Shown: positions 33,768-47,000 of the stretch, one piece after another | Layout of the letters: each line of letters begins with the position of its first letter | Numbering within the stretch: position 1 is the first letter of the stretch | DNA from: Cyanidioschyzon merolae | Taxonomy: Eukaryota | Assembly (NCBI GenBank): GCA_000091205.1 | Contig: AP006485.2 | Length of the DNA stretch: 64,000 bases | Strand: one strand, 5' to 3' | Position numbers and translations under genes: made by a program | Notes under the pieces: model-generated | The model's database searches: none | Seen by the model: the letters and a program-made list of their open reading frames with translations, nothing else | What the model was told of the DNA's origin: nothing

Positions 33768-35057
33768 GTGGGCGTATCAGAAATGATCCTCTTTAAAACA
33801 CGCTTCTTCTGGCACAACTTACATGTTACTCGGCGTCTACACAGAGCGGCTGGACTCCTCGTCTCTGCGCGCCAGCTACATCTCCGCATCGACATGTCAG
33901 CGTTGAGGGTGCGGGCTCTAGCGGTACATCCTCTTTGCACTATGTTCGTATTGGCGTACGCAATTTTACCCGGCATTGCTGACGTTCTAGCCAGAAGGAA
34001 ATATGATGCAGTGGTCCTTGATCAGTTTGGTGTGCTGCACGACGGAAAACGTGCCTACCCATTTGCCATAGACTGTGTGCGGGAGCTGCACCGCCGCCAC
34101 GTGCCCTGCGTGGTTGCATCGAACTCTTCTCGTCTCCGTGAGGACTGCCTAGAACAGCTGGAGTCGCTCGGTTTCCGTCGTGAGTGGTTTGCAGGTGCCG
34201 TGACCTCAGGTCAACTGACACAAGACGCTTTGCTGGAGTTGCGACAAGCGCTCCGGAACCGCCAGCGCGAAGAGCCGCCAGCTACCCGAGTCTTCCACAC
34301 GAACTGGACGGATCGCGGCCGCGCAACTTTGCCCTCCCGAAAGCCGGATAATCTTACATACGACTACAAACCAGTCGGTATGCGGGTGGAGGACGCGGAG
34401 CTGGTGGTGACCCACGGGACCGAGGGCGTTACGCAAGAAGACGGCCAGACAGTTGCACCGCTGCCCTATGCGACACTGGTTAGCCTCCTCCGCGAGTGCG
34501 CAAGGCGCCAGCTCCCGCTGTGGTGTAGTAATCCGGACCTCGTAACCGTGGTTGGAGGCGTGAACTACGTGATGCCTGGATCACTGGCCCAGGCGTATGA
34601 GAAAATGCTCGCTGATGAAGACGTCGACGCTGAGACCATTCGGCAGCTCGTCCTTCGATTCGGGAAACCCGAGCTGCCAGTCTATGAGACAGTGCATCGT
34701 ATTCTCGGACTGGAGCCAGTCTGGCGCAAACCGCCAACCATGGTTCACCAATCCACTGCGACAAGAGCGAAAAGCGTGACGGAGGACAAGACCGGAGCTA
34801 GTACACGACTCTTGGCGATAGGAGATTCGCTCTTGCACGACATCTTGGGCGGACACAACGCTGGCATGGACACGGTACTGGTTGCCGGTGGTATCTATGC
34901 GCGAGAGTTCTTCGGCATACCTGCGGACGCCGAAAGCGCTGCATCGATTGTGCTGCAGAACAAATGCGAGATCAAAGCCGCTGCTGTGGAGTACCTGTTG
35001 CATCATTTCGATTCGCCTGTCACGCCAAGTTTTGTTACGGCGTACTTTCGATGGTAA
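33768..35057 (+). CDS. HAD-superfamily subfamily IIA hydrolase (NagD/PGP-like phosphatase). Likely true start at the internal Met at 33894, with an N-terminal presequence.
   Basis: Motif I VVLDQFGVLHDG. Motif II CVVASNSS. C-terminal LAIGDSLLHDILGGHNAGMDTVLVAGG. Confidence 0.65.
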   Translation: MGVSEMILFKTRFFWHNLHVTRRLHRAAGLLVSARQLHLRIDMSALRVRALAVHPLCTMFVLAYAILPGIADVLARRKYDAVVLDQFGVLHDGKRAYPFAIDCVRELHRRHVPCVVASNSSRLREDCLEQLESLGFRREWFAGAVTSGQLTQDALLELRQALRNRQREEPPATRVFHTNWTDRGRATLPSRKPDNLTYDYKPVGMRVEDAELVVTHGTEGVTQEDGQTVAPLPYATLVSLLRECARRQLPLWCSNPDLVTVVGGVNYVMPGSLAQAYEKMLADEDVDAETIRQLVLRFGKPELPVYETVHRILGLEPVWRKPPTMVHQSTATRAKSVTEDKTGASTRLLAIGDSLLHDILGGHNAGMDTVLVAGGIYAREFFGIPADAESAASIVLQNKCEIKAAAVEYLLHHFDSPVTPSFVTAYFRW

Positions 35058-35882
35058 ACGAAGTCGCTGAGAGCACGTATGCTGTACTTGAATCAATTTT
35101 GTGCTGCAATCTTGAGAGCCGTAGAAAAGAGATCAATCCAGCGCTTCCGCTAGCGTGCATCGAAAGGCGATCTACTCTGGATTCCCGGGAGCAACGGGAT
35201 ATAGACCTCGAGCAGACGCCTGCTACAGTGTGACCAAGTTGGCTTTTATGCGTCCGGTGTCGGCAACAGGGTGCATACAACATCGCAATAATGGTTTATG
35301 GTAGGCTTGCCACATGGAGGATCGCTTCAGCGAGCCTGTTGCCCAAAGCGCAAGTCCGGTTATCTGGTCGTGGCGCTGAAGCGTTTGGACCGGAGCAGAG
35401 TGGCAGCCATTGCCTTGCGTGCGGGTTTCATTACAACTGCGTATGCGAAGAACCCCGGTTAGACTTTTCGAGTGTATACCATAGAAAAATGGATCACTGT
35501 TGTGAGGTCATTGTAGTTGACGCGTGAACGCGTTCGTGCAACGCTCGGTGCGACTCCACCAGTATCTGCGTCCGTCTATGTGTGTTCGTGTGTATCAGGG
35601 CATATGTTTTTCAACAAGTTCTGCGCACTGCTTTACGACGCACATCAACGCCTGCGAAAAGCGTACACCATACCGTCGATACCGGGACAACGCGCTCAAC
35701 CGCTGCGTCCGTCACTGACACTAGACGTTGAGCCGCGCTCTCAGCTCTCCAGGCATTCATCTGCCGTATTCATGTTGCTGAGACTCCAAGAACTGTAGAC
35801 CTAGCATGACAGTAAATGTTCACGTGCAGAGAGATGAGAAACTGCAGAGAAATACGAACCTTTCATATGTAGATATTAGGGA

Positions 35883-38150
35883 TTGTGTAGCCTGCACAGC
35901 ATATCAAGCTTGTACTGCTCATCTCTACACATCCCATACAAAGCAAAACGAGACCCGGCTCCAGTCTTATATGCCAAATACCTCCTTTCCCGCACCTGCA
36001 ATACCTTGTCAGTTCCATGCGAGTCTCCCATTCAAGAACGTCAAGACGAGAGCCTTGTTGCTACGAAGGTGCCGCGAACACTGCGGCGTCGACCGCATCC
36101 AGAACAATCAGGTTTTCCGTTTAGTTGTTGCCCGAGCGACTGGATGTTTTGGACGCACAAGTTCGTTTCTGATAGGTACACGCGTCTTCCATCTTTGCCG
36201 ATGCTGCGACATGACTCTAACCAAAGCGCTGCAGGCTCATCGTCTTTTGTTTGTAGTGGTGACGGTGTGAGGCTGGTGGCACCCCTGCGCTTTGAACGCT
36301 TTTCGCGCAAGCCCAGAGGCTCTCCACAAGCACGCCATCACTATGGCGTCGCCTCGCTGCGTCTGGAACCCGACGGGGTTCCTTCCAGAGTTGCAACCGC
36401 GCGTCTGAAGGCTAGCAGCACACACAAGGAGTCAAACTTGCCTTCCAGTCGACAAGAGCTTGTGCCGAAAAGCTCTGACGATCCGGCGGCTGCCTCTGCA
36501 CTGAGGAACGATGCACAAGCCACCTCACCTGAGACGGATACGGAACCTTCCAGTGATGCTGGTCTCTCCGAAAATCGGACTGCCTCTGACGGTGTTACTG
36601 AGGACTTGTCGATTCGAGGCGAGGCTGTTACAAGCGCAGAAACTGGCCTTCGTGATGAAACGAGCCCTGCAGCTGCCGAGCGCTCCGCAGCAACCTCTGG
36701 AGTTTACCGAAAAAGCTCTTTACCGCTGGTTGCTGTCATTGGACGCCCAAACGTAGGCAAGTCTATGCTCGTGAACCGCATCAGCGGTACCTTTCGCACT
36801 GGTGCTGTCGTAGAGGATACACCGGGTGTTACCCGAGACCGCACGTACCAGTTAGCGAACTGGAGCGGAAGACACTTTCGTGTCGTCGATACCGGCGGTC
36901 TCGTTTTCGAAGACACTCCTGGAGACGTTTTTATTCCGCAAATTCGCCAGCAAGCGCTCATAGCTCTACGTGAGGCGGATGTTGTCGTTCTTGTCGTCGA
37001 CGGCCAGCAGGGCGTTACCACCCTCGACCAGGATATCGCTGTTTTCCTTCGCAAGACTTGCGATGCGCGGGGCATCCTTGGTCGACGTATTCCAATCGTT
37101 GTTGCGGTCAATAAGTGTGAGAGCCAAACGATGGGCGAGGCCCAAGCTGCTGAGTTTTGGGAGCTGGGACTGGGCCAGCCGCTGGCTATCAGCAGTATTC
37201 ACGGCAGCGGTGTCGCAGAATTGCTCGATGAAGTCTGTTACTATTTACCCAATCATGGCGATGATCAGGAGGAGGCGCTATTGTCACAAGAGTCTGGTAT
37301 GCGGCGTGTCGCCATCATTGGTCGACCAAACGTCGGGAAATCGAGTCTGCTCAACGCGCTCCTCGGGGAAGAGCGGGTCATTGTGAGCGCCGTACCCGGC
37401 ACCACGCGAGACGCGATCGATGAGCTCCTCATCCAACGCGACCCTCGCACCGGAAGAGAGACCTGCTACCTGCTCATCGATACGGCAGGCATTCGACGGA
37501 AGAAGAACGTGGAGTACGGCACGGAGTTTTTTATGATCAATCGAGCATTCAAAGCGATTCGTCGTGCAGACGTGGTTCTTTTGGTCCTTGATATGGAAGA
37601 GGGTATCACGGATCAGGACGCGGAGCTGGCGGAGCGTATCGTAGACGAGGGCAAGGCCTGCGTCATCGTTGGGAACAAGTGGGACGCTCTCGGTCGCAAG
37701 GATAATCGTCTCCATAACGAGGCACAACTGCGGGTGCGGGAGCGATTGCCAGTGATCCACTGGGCGGATATGATTTTCGTGAGCGCAAAGACCGGACAAC
37801 GTATTCCACGTATCTTGGCTCTGGTGGACGCTGCAGCGGCACAGCACGCGCGACGCGTGTCAACGGCGGTGCTCAACGAGGTTCTCTTGGAAGCGGTGCA
37901 ATGGCAAGCACCGCCGACGAATCGTCGAGGCCAGGGTGGCAAAATATACTACTGCACACAGGTTGCGGTGCAGCCACCGACCCTGGCCCTCTTTGTGAAC
38001 GATCCTGAACTCTTCCCGGACACTTACAAGCGATATCTAGAGCGCAAGTTCCGTGAAGCGCTTGGATTTACCGGTACACCGATTCGACTGCTGTGGCGAG
38101 CGCGGAAGCGCCGTTCCAAGGCGGCATCCTCGCGAGCGACGCGTAAATGA
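35883..38150 (+). CDS. der: GTPase Der/EngA (tandem GTP-binding domains plus KH-like C-terminus), bacterial type, with an about 280-aa Ser-rich N-terminal extension (probable start at Met 36201). Organelle ribosome-assembly GTPase.
   Basis: GD1: [20 protein letters not shown]...VVDTGG...NKCES. GD2: [35 protein letters not shown]...IDTAGIRRK...GNKWDAL. C-terminal KH-like domain with GTPIRL. Confidence 0.85.
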   Translation: MCSLHSISSLYCSSLHIPYKAKRDPAPVLYAKYLLSRTCNTLSVPCESPIQERQDESLVATKVPRTLRRRPHPEQSGFPFSCCPSDWMFWTHKFVSDRYTRLPSLPMLRHDSNQSAAGSSSFVCSGDGVRLVAPLRFERFSRKPRGSPQARHHYGVASLRLEPDGVPSRVATARLKASSTHKESNLPSSRQELVPKSSDDPAAASALRNDAQATSPETDTEPSSDAGLSENRTASDGVTEDLSIRGEAVTSAETGLRDETSPAAAERSAATSGVYRKSSLPLVAVIGRPNVGKSMLVNRISGTFRTGAVVEDTPGVTRDRTYQLANWSGRHFRVVDTGGLVFEDTPGDVFIPQIRQQALIALREADVVVLVVDGQQGVTTLDQDIAVFLRKTCDARGILGRRIPIVVAVNKCESQTMGEAQAAEFWELGLGQPLAISSIHGSGVAELLDEVCYYLPNHGDDQEEALLSQESGMRRVAIIGRPNVGKSSLLNALLGEERVIVSAVPGTTRDAIDELLIQRDPRTGRETCYLLIDTAGIRRKKNVEYGTEFFMINRAFKAIRRADVVLLVLDMEEGITDQDAELAERIVDEGKACVIVGNKWDALGRKDNRLHNEAQLRVRERLPVIHWADMIFVSAKTGQRIPRILALVDAAAAQHARRVSTAVLNEVLLEAVQWQAPPTNRRGQGGKIYYCTQVAVQPPTLALFVNDPELFPDTYKRYLERKFREALGFTGTPIRLLWRARKRRSKAASSRATRK

Positions 38151-38363
38151 GACGCATTTTCCTCGTAGATGAGGACTTGCGATGAACCTGGCCCGCTGTA
38201 CTAAGGCCTGGCGGTCATTTCTGGAGCCGAAATGCGTGCCAGACCCGTGGACGAAATAGCACTTGGCTTCGATGACTTTTATGGCGCGTCTGCTTGGGCA
38301 AACGTGATTCAAAATGACGGCGCCTTTGACTGTATTCGTATGAGCGGTGGGTATGAATCCACC

Positions 38364-38393
38364 ACACACACACACAGACAGATAGAGAGAGAA
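38364..38393. repeat. (CA)n followed by a (GA)-rich microsatellite
   Basis: Read directly. Confidence 0.85.
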
Positions 38394-39835
38394 ACTGAGA
38401 TACCAGGCAAACCTGTGATATGACGTAGGTGCTCTGTCTCGGGCGTGCACCTCAATGTTTGGGACGCGTACCATTGTGCTCGATACCTGCCTTTGGGGTT
38501 TGTTCTGCGATCGCGTCCTTTGCCTATCTCTTATGCTCTGCCTTACGTATGCCGATGCCGCCTATACTCCCAGCTCTGTTGTCGGCAATCGGCAGTTACT
38601 GATGACAGCGATAGAGTCCTGGTTTGGGCGCTTTCGGAAGTAATCGACGCATTCCATGCTCAGGCGGAAGTTGCGATCTATGATTCGCTTGCCATGTTCC
38701 TGTTCTTTGCGTACTGCCTCGGTACACGCCTGGCAGCTGTGCCTCTTGGCTCTGCACAGCGGTTCGCGTATGTCGAGCGCACCCGTCTCCCCGAATGCTG
38801 GCCTGTGGCGCGTCAACGCTTGCACGATTGCTCGGTACATGTTCTCGACGGTACACACAAGTCGCCCAGCGATGCGTTGTGCGGTTTTCGCGCCCAGTCT
38901 CGGGCGCCACGATCAACAGCTTCTTCTCTGCGATCAGGCTGGCGAGCACTCTACTCAATAAACGTGCAAGCGTACGCTGTTCGATGGGATCGTGTATCGG
39001 TGGAATGCAGAGCGTCCCATGATGAATCAAGCACTTGAAGCGAAATCCAGGTTGGAGAACGAGTCGGGAGCTTCTGATGCGTCTACGCTCCCTTTGTACC
39101 AAGCTGTGACGCACGCCCTACTGCGAGCGATCACTTGTATGAAGGAAGGTCGCGTGCAATACCCTTCTCCATGCAAAAAAAATAAGAGACGGGAGCCTTC
39201 GCGAGCATATCCCATGTGAGTTATCATGCTGCTGTCGAGTGTTGCTCCGTCGATAGTCAGAGAGGGCGTAGGATTGAAATTTCGATCGGAATCGAGTGTT
39301 CGATTGCGTGAGAAGATCCGTGACCTTCGGTTTGGGCTCGTGAAAAAGTCGTCAACCGACGACGTCGAGTACGTTTGCTCGTCAATCCACTTGGACGATT
39401 TGCAGTGCCCACGAGTAACCCTGAAGTAGAAAGATCGAAATCTTGAAGAATGAATGCATTCAGCGAACGATGCACAAGAAAGGATAAGAATATCGGCTTG
39501 TACGTATGAACTGGTTCATGATATCGGTTATTTTACGGTACTGGAGTCTTGGGTGTCGCAAACAACTCGAACAGCAAAGCGCCGAACAAGCCATTCCGAA
39601 TGAACCACTGATGATCCTAGAACTACTTATGAATCCTGAATCCCCTATGACTGCACTTTGAATGTCGATGCGGTACATCTCAAAGTAGCACGAGAAAAAT
39701 CTAAAGCCAGAAACAGAGGCCTCTAGTTTCCTGTTCTATGCAAATCTACCATGCGTGTCGACGATACTTGTTCTCTCCTCTCGAACATCGGAAGGTTTTT
39801 CTGCGGACAAGTGAAAAGCTTCGGTTGCCGAATCA

Positions 39836-40840
39836 GTGTTCGCTGAAAAGGTTTCGAACAGACGAACGGACGGACGACGTCGTACCGTTTGCATGGTTTC
39901 GCCGGTGGAACCGGGGTTCACTGGCGTTCTGGTTACCACAGCAACGGGACGCGTTTCCAGGGCTTGTCGTGAAGCACTCGAGAGCTTTGCTGAACTCTGC
40001 TCTGAGAACACTGTATGTGAATTTGCTGGTGCTCAGGGCGTTCACGACGATAGCCGACTGCTGGGCGTCCAGACTGCGAACGACAGCGGCACCGCTGACA
40101 CCGCATCGACTCTGAGTCCCAAGCAAGCGACGCCGCAGGCTGCATCGTGGGTCAAAGTCCACGACACCGGCGTGCGGAATACGTTTTTTGTACGCATAGA
40201 GTTGGAGCAGGCACCCAGACCAGTGGAACTGGTGAAACTGCTCTTTGAACAAACGCGAAAGCAGGGTTATGTAGCTGTACCGTCCTGTGAGAGCTTTTTC
40301 CCCATAGATGTTGTTTGCAAAGCCTATACTCGTCACGCGGCACTCGCTTTGGCGGATCATGTAAGCGCATGGTTGCAGGCACCGATGAGCGGTACGCATA
40401 CGAAGCCGTGTCGCTTTGCGGTACGCTTCAGGTCCAGGAATAATGATCGAGTGCAAGCGCACGACTTTATCGACGTTATCTGCCGTCATGCGGTGCCACT
40501 GATTGAGCGGGGCCTCGCTCGAGTGGATCTCACCGAACCGGATGTCATTATTTACGTGCATATTCTGGGAAAGCTGTGCTGCTGCGGTGCAGTGCCTCGG
40601 GAGCTGCACCATCTCTCGTCGCCGCGCCTCAACATTCACGCGTGTATCCCGCGCCTCGCAGTCCAGGAGAAACGGGCCTTCGGGGAGCCACGAATTCATG
40701 CAGAGCCCGTGGCTGATCACTCAGCATCAGGGAAACGTCGGCGAGTAACAGACTCGCAAGCAGAACGAGATGGAAAGAGCACCGGCATTTCATCCTGTGA
40801 TGGTGTTCAAGCTGAGTCGAACGGCGTGCCGCCGCCGTGA
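39836..40840 (+). CDS. THUMPD1: THUMP domain protein (THUMPD1/Tan1 family, tRNA acetylation adaptor)
   Basis: Blocks NTFFVRIELEQ, CESFFPIDVVCKAY, PCRFAVRFRSRNNDRVQAHDFIDVI and VDLTEPDVIIYVHILGKLCCCGAV are collinear with THUMPD1. Confidence 0.7.
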   Translation: MFAEKVSNRRTDGRRRTVCMVSPVEPGFTGVLVTTATGRVSRACREALESFAELCSENTVCEFAGAQGVHDDSRLLGVQTANDSGTADTASTLSPKQATPQAASWVKVHDTGVRNTFFVRIELEQAPRPVELVKLLFEQTRKQGYVAVPSCESFFPIDVVCKAYTRHAALALADHVSAWLQAPMSGTHTKPCRFAVRFRSRNNDRVQAHDFIDVICRHAVPLIERGLARVDLTEPDVIIYVHILGKLCCCGAVPRELHHLSSPRLNIHACIPRLAVQEKRAFGEPRIHAEPVADHSASGKRRRVTDSQAERDGKSTGISSCDGVQAESNGVPPP

Positions 40841-40879
40841 CGGAACCCCAGCGTCTGGATGCCAGACGGGCGAGTGCTG

Positions 40880-41090
40880 TCGATACTCGAAGTGTACCCG
40901 ACTCTGATGCATCTACGGATGAATCGTTCTCTCGCAGCACCGGCATTGTATGGAGCGGGGAACAGAAAACCAGCACTGTACGCGACTCCGATGCATCTAC
41001 GGATGAATCGTTCTCTCGCAGCACCGGCATTGTATGGAGCGAGGAACAGAAAACCAGCACTGTACGCGACTCCGTCGTCTCGTACATGGC
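40880..41090. repeat. 84-bp tandem repeat, about 2.3 copies, immediately 3' of the THUMPD1 stop
   Basis: Units start at 40899 and 40983, with a partial third at 41067, and are >90% identical. An overlapping +strand ORF (40837-41118) would encode the 28-aa repeat DSDASTDESFSRSTGIVWSGEQKTSTVR twice. Confidence 0.85.
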
Positions 41091-44000
41091 GCCGTCTTTC
41101 CCCGCATCATACTTGTAGAGCTCTTAGTGGAGACGAATATTGCGCTGTGCATGCGAATGCACGAATCCTCGGACAGTGAATCGCTCTCGGTACATCGCGT
41201 TCGTGCCTGATGATGCCTTGCATTCTGCGAAGGGCGTTCCAAGCGCAACGTTCACGATGCCGCGGCGTTTCACCAGCTGCACTGGAGGATGCTCTCGTGC
41301 AGCACTTGCTCGCACCTGCTTAACGACTAGAGACGCGTAAGCGCGAAGAACATATCGGGGGCGTCACGTTTTCCTCTGGAGCATGGAGATGGATTTCCTC
41401 CTTTTCGAATTCGGGTCAATACAACGTGTGCATGCACTGGAACCCATTGGATGATTGGATGTTGAAGGCACAGCATCCAGGAATGGAACGATCCCCAAGA
41501 TGCTCATCGTCATCTCTGAATCGAATTCGAAGCGGATGTACTCAGGGTTTCAGGGGCACGTACGGCTCGTGACGGCTGCGGTAACTTGGGCAACCCAAAA
41601 TGGTTTGGATAGTGACGTCCTCGTCATACGTCCTCGATAGAGTGCACGCTCGGAAGCGTCGGATGCATCTCGATAGCACTGGGGTTCGATGAAGCAAACC
41701 TCAGCTGATCCTTTCTGAGACTCGCCGTCCTGGATCCGCTGCGTTTCTTGTACGAAGTATCAGACTGAGACCCGGGCGTTTTGATCTCCAGAATATCGAT
41801 TCTGCAGCGTTGCAATGGCACATCAACTTTACCTCGATGCTGGTGCATCCGTTTGCGCTGCTGACATCCGCGACGTCCGACTCTGACGATTGCCAAGGCC
41901 AGCGTGCGGAGATACGATCGCTGTCGACCTGGCGGATGCTTAGGGAATGCATCTGATGTATGGATATTTTGGAGCAGCCTTGATCGCTTGGATCACGGCA
42001 ATAGACTCTGAAATATTGAATCGTGGAGCACTAGTATCGTCTACGCTTTTCGAAGGGAAATCGTTCGCGGTGTGCATAGAGAATCCGTTCCAGCCCTGCT
42101 GGATGGCTGAAACACCCCATGCGAGCGCCTCGCTCCTGGCGAGGATCCCATGTCCCGTTCCATGGGAACTGATGGTTTTGCATCCGTATTATGCCGTGCT
42201 TCAGCGAAATAGCCACACTGAGTATGAAACGATTCCTTCGAAAGTTCACTTGATTCAAAGACGACGTACGCACGGGAAGCTCGAGACATTTTTCCCGACG
42301 CTGATAGGGGCATTCGAGTCTCGCTTGAGAGAGCGCTTGGGCGTATGGTTGCTGGTTGAGCTTCACCAAACCAAGTGTCTCAGATTCGATGACCTAATCA
42401 TGTGATGTTCGATCAGCGCACCGTACTTGACCTTGTGTATACGACTCTGTTTCACACTGTTCTTCTCGATTGGTTTCGTCGTCCAGCTATGCGTATGATA
42501 CGTACCTGCCGTCCTGAGTGCATTGATGGGAATCGTGCAGAATCGATTCCTGCTTGCGTTGTCCGCGCTCGTCGACGAGGCAAGACCGCAGCCCTGACGC
42601 GCCATGAAACGCTCAGCATCGTGGGGTACTCGCGAACGACGAGACTGGTCAGGTGTTTGTTCTTGAAAATCCTTGAACAAGTTGGCGAATGCAGGCATCC
42701 CGTCTTTATACAAACGAAACCGTCGGTGATCCCAGCGCGGTCTCGAGTACTCGTAATCGAGATTGTTTGCTCGATCCATTAGGACGTTTGTGTACTCTCT
42801 ACATGAAGCGTAGAAAGCATCCTCTTCAGTGGATTGGGTACTCCGAGTGCAGAGAAGCGCGCGGACGCCACCATTCTAAACGTTTGCATGCATCCTGGCG
42901 TCCAGCATGCCCGACTCTCGATCATACCGATGCCTAGAAAACGTGGGTACCTCCATCCGCTTTCCATTAAGGCCGTCGGCTCCGCCCTCTTAATTTAGAA
43001 GCGCACTGACGGCGGTGATGTGTTTGAATACGGAAACCACGCACACTAGATCGTCTAGCTCTTCACCTATCTTGAGCGATCGACCGTGAGCTTCGTTACT
43101 CGACTCGCGCCAGGTTTCCGTGGAGTGCTTCCACACGGATGTTCACTCGGTCGCTATCGACGCTGTGAATTTCTTTCGTTTTCATCCTTACAGACGAGAG
43201 ACGTTGGGCGAGCTCCGTCGATTCTCTACTCCGCGACGTTGGAGTGAAGTAGGACTGCTAGTAGAGACAAGTCGAAGCGTTCTGAGAAGGCTATCCAGCA
43301 CAATACCCATGTGCCTACGGCGACATCGTGAGCTTTCAGCTCAGTTTTGTTTCGCCCCTGATGCGATGTATAGCAGGAGATCGAAATCTCGATGCAATGC
43401 GCTGTATAGATCGTCGACGAATTGCCTGTAGGATACGTCTTGTCCTGGACAGTGCGAGGTGGACTGCAATCCTCCTTCACTTCAGTCATAATGAAGTACT
43501 CTGATGGTTGCGGAACATCAAAAGGAACAAGTAGATGTGTTCCGTGCCAAAAACAGGTATATTCAAAGAGTGGTTGCGGTCAACAGTAGAGAATGACCGG
43601 TTGATCACCCTAGGGAAAGCAAAACCGTCAAATGTAGTCGCCACGGACGTCCCTGTTCCTCAACAGCATGTTCGTGTGGTCGTGAAGACACCGGGATACA
43701 GTCGCGAAAAAGTCCTAGATTATGCATGGCCATCTTGCACCGAAATCGCAACGACAGCCTTCCTGGAGCGTCGCTATAGGTATGAAGCACAGTGACTTTG
43801 ATTTGTTTTTTTTTCTGTGGGTGAGACTTCCTTTCGAAGATATGGTCGGAGCGTATGCCGGCATTCGCGGAACAGGGCGCCCATTGTATGTAAATTCGAT
43901 TTAGATGAGAACGAGGATATCACGATCAGTTCGAGTTGCAGTGGATTCACTCTGCGGCCTCAGATTCGCTCGAGGAGAAAGCTCGTACAACGACACGAAC

Positions 44001-47000
44001 AGCTTTGTCGAATTCTTGAAGACTTTTCCGGACGTTCGATGACGTCCTTCTATGTTACAACCTGGCGTTTGACCATTCTTCTTGCGTTCACGCTTTTGCC
44101 GATTCAAACGGGAATAGAGCAGCTTTTCATTCCACTGTACGCTCCGTAATCCAGGCCCAGTGAAAGAGCGTTCTCCATCTTGATACGGTATGATCGCTTC
44201 ATTGGGCGAATCGCTGGAGTGTTCAGCACGCGGTGACACACCAGGCCATATGCCGTTGTTCTTCCGCGAGTCCATCCACCGCAGAGAGCGTCCTCACCTG
44301 GGTGCAGAGACAGGTGCATTCATTTTCAAAAAATATAAGGGATGAACTGAGATGTACACGTCCGGAGGCCGATATAGAGGGAAGGCAGCGGACCGCTTCG
44401 GCGATCGAAAATCACGGAGAGCCAACAGAGCACCAAATGGTACAGAAGGCGCGAGTTCCTGGAATCCTTGCATTGGCGAATCCAACCAGCGGCAAGAAAT
44501 GCAAAGAGCTTTCCATCCGAGACATGAACGCTACTTTCAATATTAGGAGATCTGCGACGCTGAAGACGATACCCGAGGTGCTTACGCAATGTAATTTTGC
44601 AGGGCAGCATCTCAGGCTCGAAGTGTACAAGGAGACGCTGAAGCTGATAGCAGGCGGCCGGATATAAATACACTGGGAGGCGTCTGCGGGCGGAGATTAA
44701 TTTACCAAATAATCGAAAAATTTTTTGTTTTCTTTACATGCACGTCCATGGGCATTTATCTAGTATACAGGACGCAAATCGAATAATCGTTTGGAGAGGC
44801 TAGCGCGCTCGCACACGAGCAGGGAATCCGCTTTAGCAGTGGCGTGCTCTGTTCAGCACAATACGTCGCTGAAAAAGGTGCAAGGCAGGCAGGCATCGTA
44901 TTCCAACTATCCTCCTGGAAACGCGTCCGCCAGTGCGAGGCTCAGAGCAACGACATGAGCCTGGGCGATCCGGAGCGACGCTCGCACGCGTTGCTAACCC
45001 GCTTCCGAACTCGCCACCAAGCGGTTTCTTTTCTGCTGCTAGGAGCTCATGAATTGGCTGCATTGACTCGCGAAGAATCCCATCCGTCACTCGTATTTTT
45101 TTTCTGAGCCAGAACAGTGAGGCTTTTTTTTTGGCGTATAACGTCCCTGAGGGTACCTCTCGTGAAGCGCTCGAGATTAACGTGTGTATGGTTTCTGATT
45201 TTGGTTTGAAGTTTCCTTAACGTATGCGCTGTAGAGCCCAGGTCGCCGAGATGCCACTGCGACTCGTCACAGGATTCTAACACATGCGTGTGCAAATGAC
45301 AGGTGCAACGATACGGAAGTATTGCATCTTCTGTACCGTGTATCCGTTGTGTGGTTGCATATGGGTTTCGTCGACAAATTCCGGAGCAATGTGGACAGCT
45401 GGCTGCCCTGTCGCCAGCATTCCTGCTTAAACTTGCTTGACGAGGTGCGTCATAGAGAGAGAGAGAGGCGAAACCAGGATCCCTCTAATAAGAAGCTACG
45501 TGATCCACCACGGTATTCTGTACGTTTCGGTACCGCGGATGCGAGCGACTCTGCTATTGAACCGTGATCGCAGTGAAAACGTTTCACAACAGAAATGACG
45601 ACTTCGACTGGATTGCACCGGACAGAACAGAACGGCACGAAGAGAAGCTCCGCGCTAGTCACAGCTGCGTTCTCCTCGACGGTTTTTGAGTGGTGGAAAA
45701 CGGCGGTGTCTAAACACAGGACATGTTTGTTTGGAAATGAGGAGCCACGAAGAGTGTTTCGACGGAGGTTAGGGTGCTTAACGCACTCGTCGCTTTGGCG
45801 GCGTTCAGGCGACCACGCAACGGACTCGTCGTCTGGGCAGGTACTGTTGCGATATTTGTTTGTCTCGTCTTTCCGAACAGCATTTTTGCCCTCTATGAGT
45901 TCCTATACGCAGGTCTGTTATTTGTCCCGAAACAAGTCTCACCGTTTGAGACTACGACCCGTTCAAACTGTAACAGTGTTCGCATTTCAATACAATATAG
46001 AGAGTAAGTGGGTCTGCGCGCGATAGTCTCACATTGAAGCATACCGGTTTCTTTGTCCATCGGTGTCCGGTTATCACCTTTCGTATCAGCGGGGCGGACA
46101 ATTCAGATCCTATGGTTCCTTTGGTAGGATTTCTCAGAGGTCGCTTGTAGTGAAATGAATAGACAAGAGGAAACAGTCCCGTAGAAAGAGTTCAATGAAC
46201 TCTGTTTCGGATGCACGATGAGAAGGATATGGACGACGAGAAATATGGTCGATCCGCGTGATGAAAGCAGACTTACGGACATCTACAAGTAGGGACGTTT
46301 TTTACACGCTCATAGTGACAGTGTAACATGTTTCCACCACCTTTCTCCAATCTGCAGGATACATTCCTGCTGTCGAACAACTAAGAGAAAAACAATCATA
46401 AACAAAAGGGCATGCAAATATATGTGCTCCAAAAATCGCTGCTCCTATAATAGGGCGTCTCGTGTGGACGCCAGCAAGTGCCTTCTCTCGATCGCTGTTC
46501 TTGAGCAACAGCGTATCGATGTAGCGAACTAGATTCTCCCAGATGCACAGCCTCTGGTGATGACCAGGAAGTAGACCTCGGGCATTAGCCCAGGATGCAG
46601 GACCCGACCAACCCCAGTGCAGCGTACCCGGATCAAGTCGGCGCTCGATCAATGCTCCAGTGCCCGGTACACCAGCTCGTGATCGCGCTTGAAACTTTGG
46701 AACGCAGATTCCATCCTGGGATCCGCGGAATGATTTTACCCGATCTGGTGTCCATGGGTGATACTAGCTACATCCAGGTACGTGCACGAACAATCGCCGC
46801 GACTCCAGATGCAGATATCGAAAGGCAAATCCTTCGTTATAGCAGACGCACCCTTGCAAGCACATGTACGAGTATATCTATATGCGCAGGCGCGCTCATT
46901 CGTCCGAGCATAAACATGCACGCCTGAATATACGCACGTACGTCCATGTATACATCCATAGACTTTCAAAGGAGGCAGAGGGCATGAACAGTGGTCTTTT

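Noticed and set aside
39833-40720. 295-aa minus-strand ORF
   Set aside because: Antisense to THUMPD1. THUMP-family motifs are on the + strand only.
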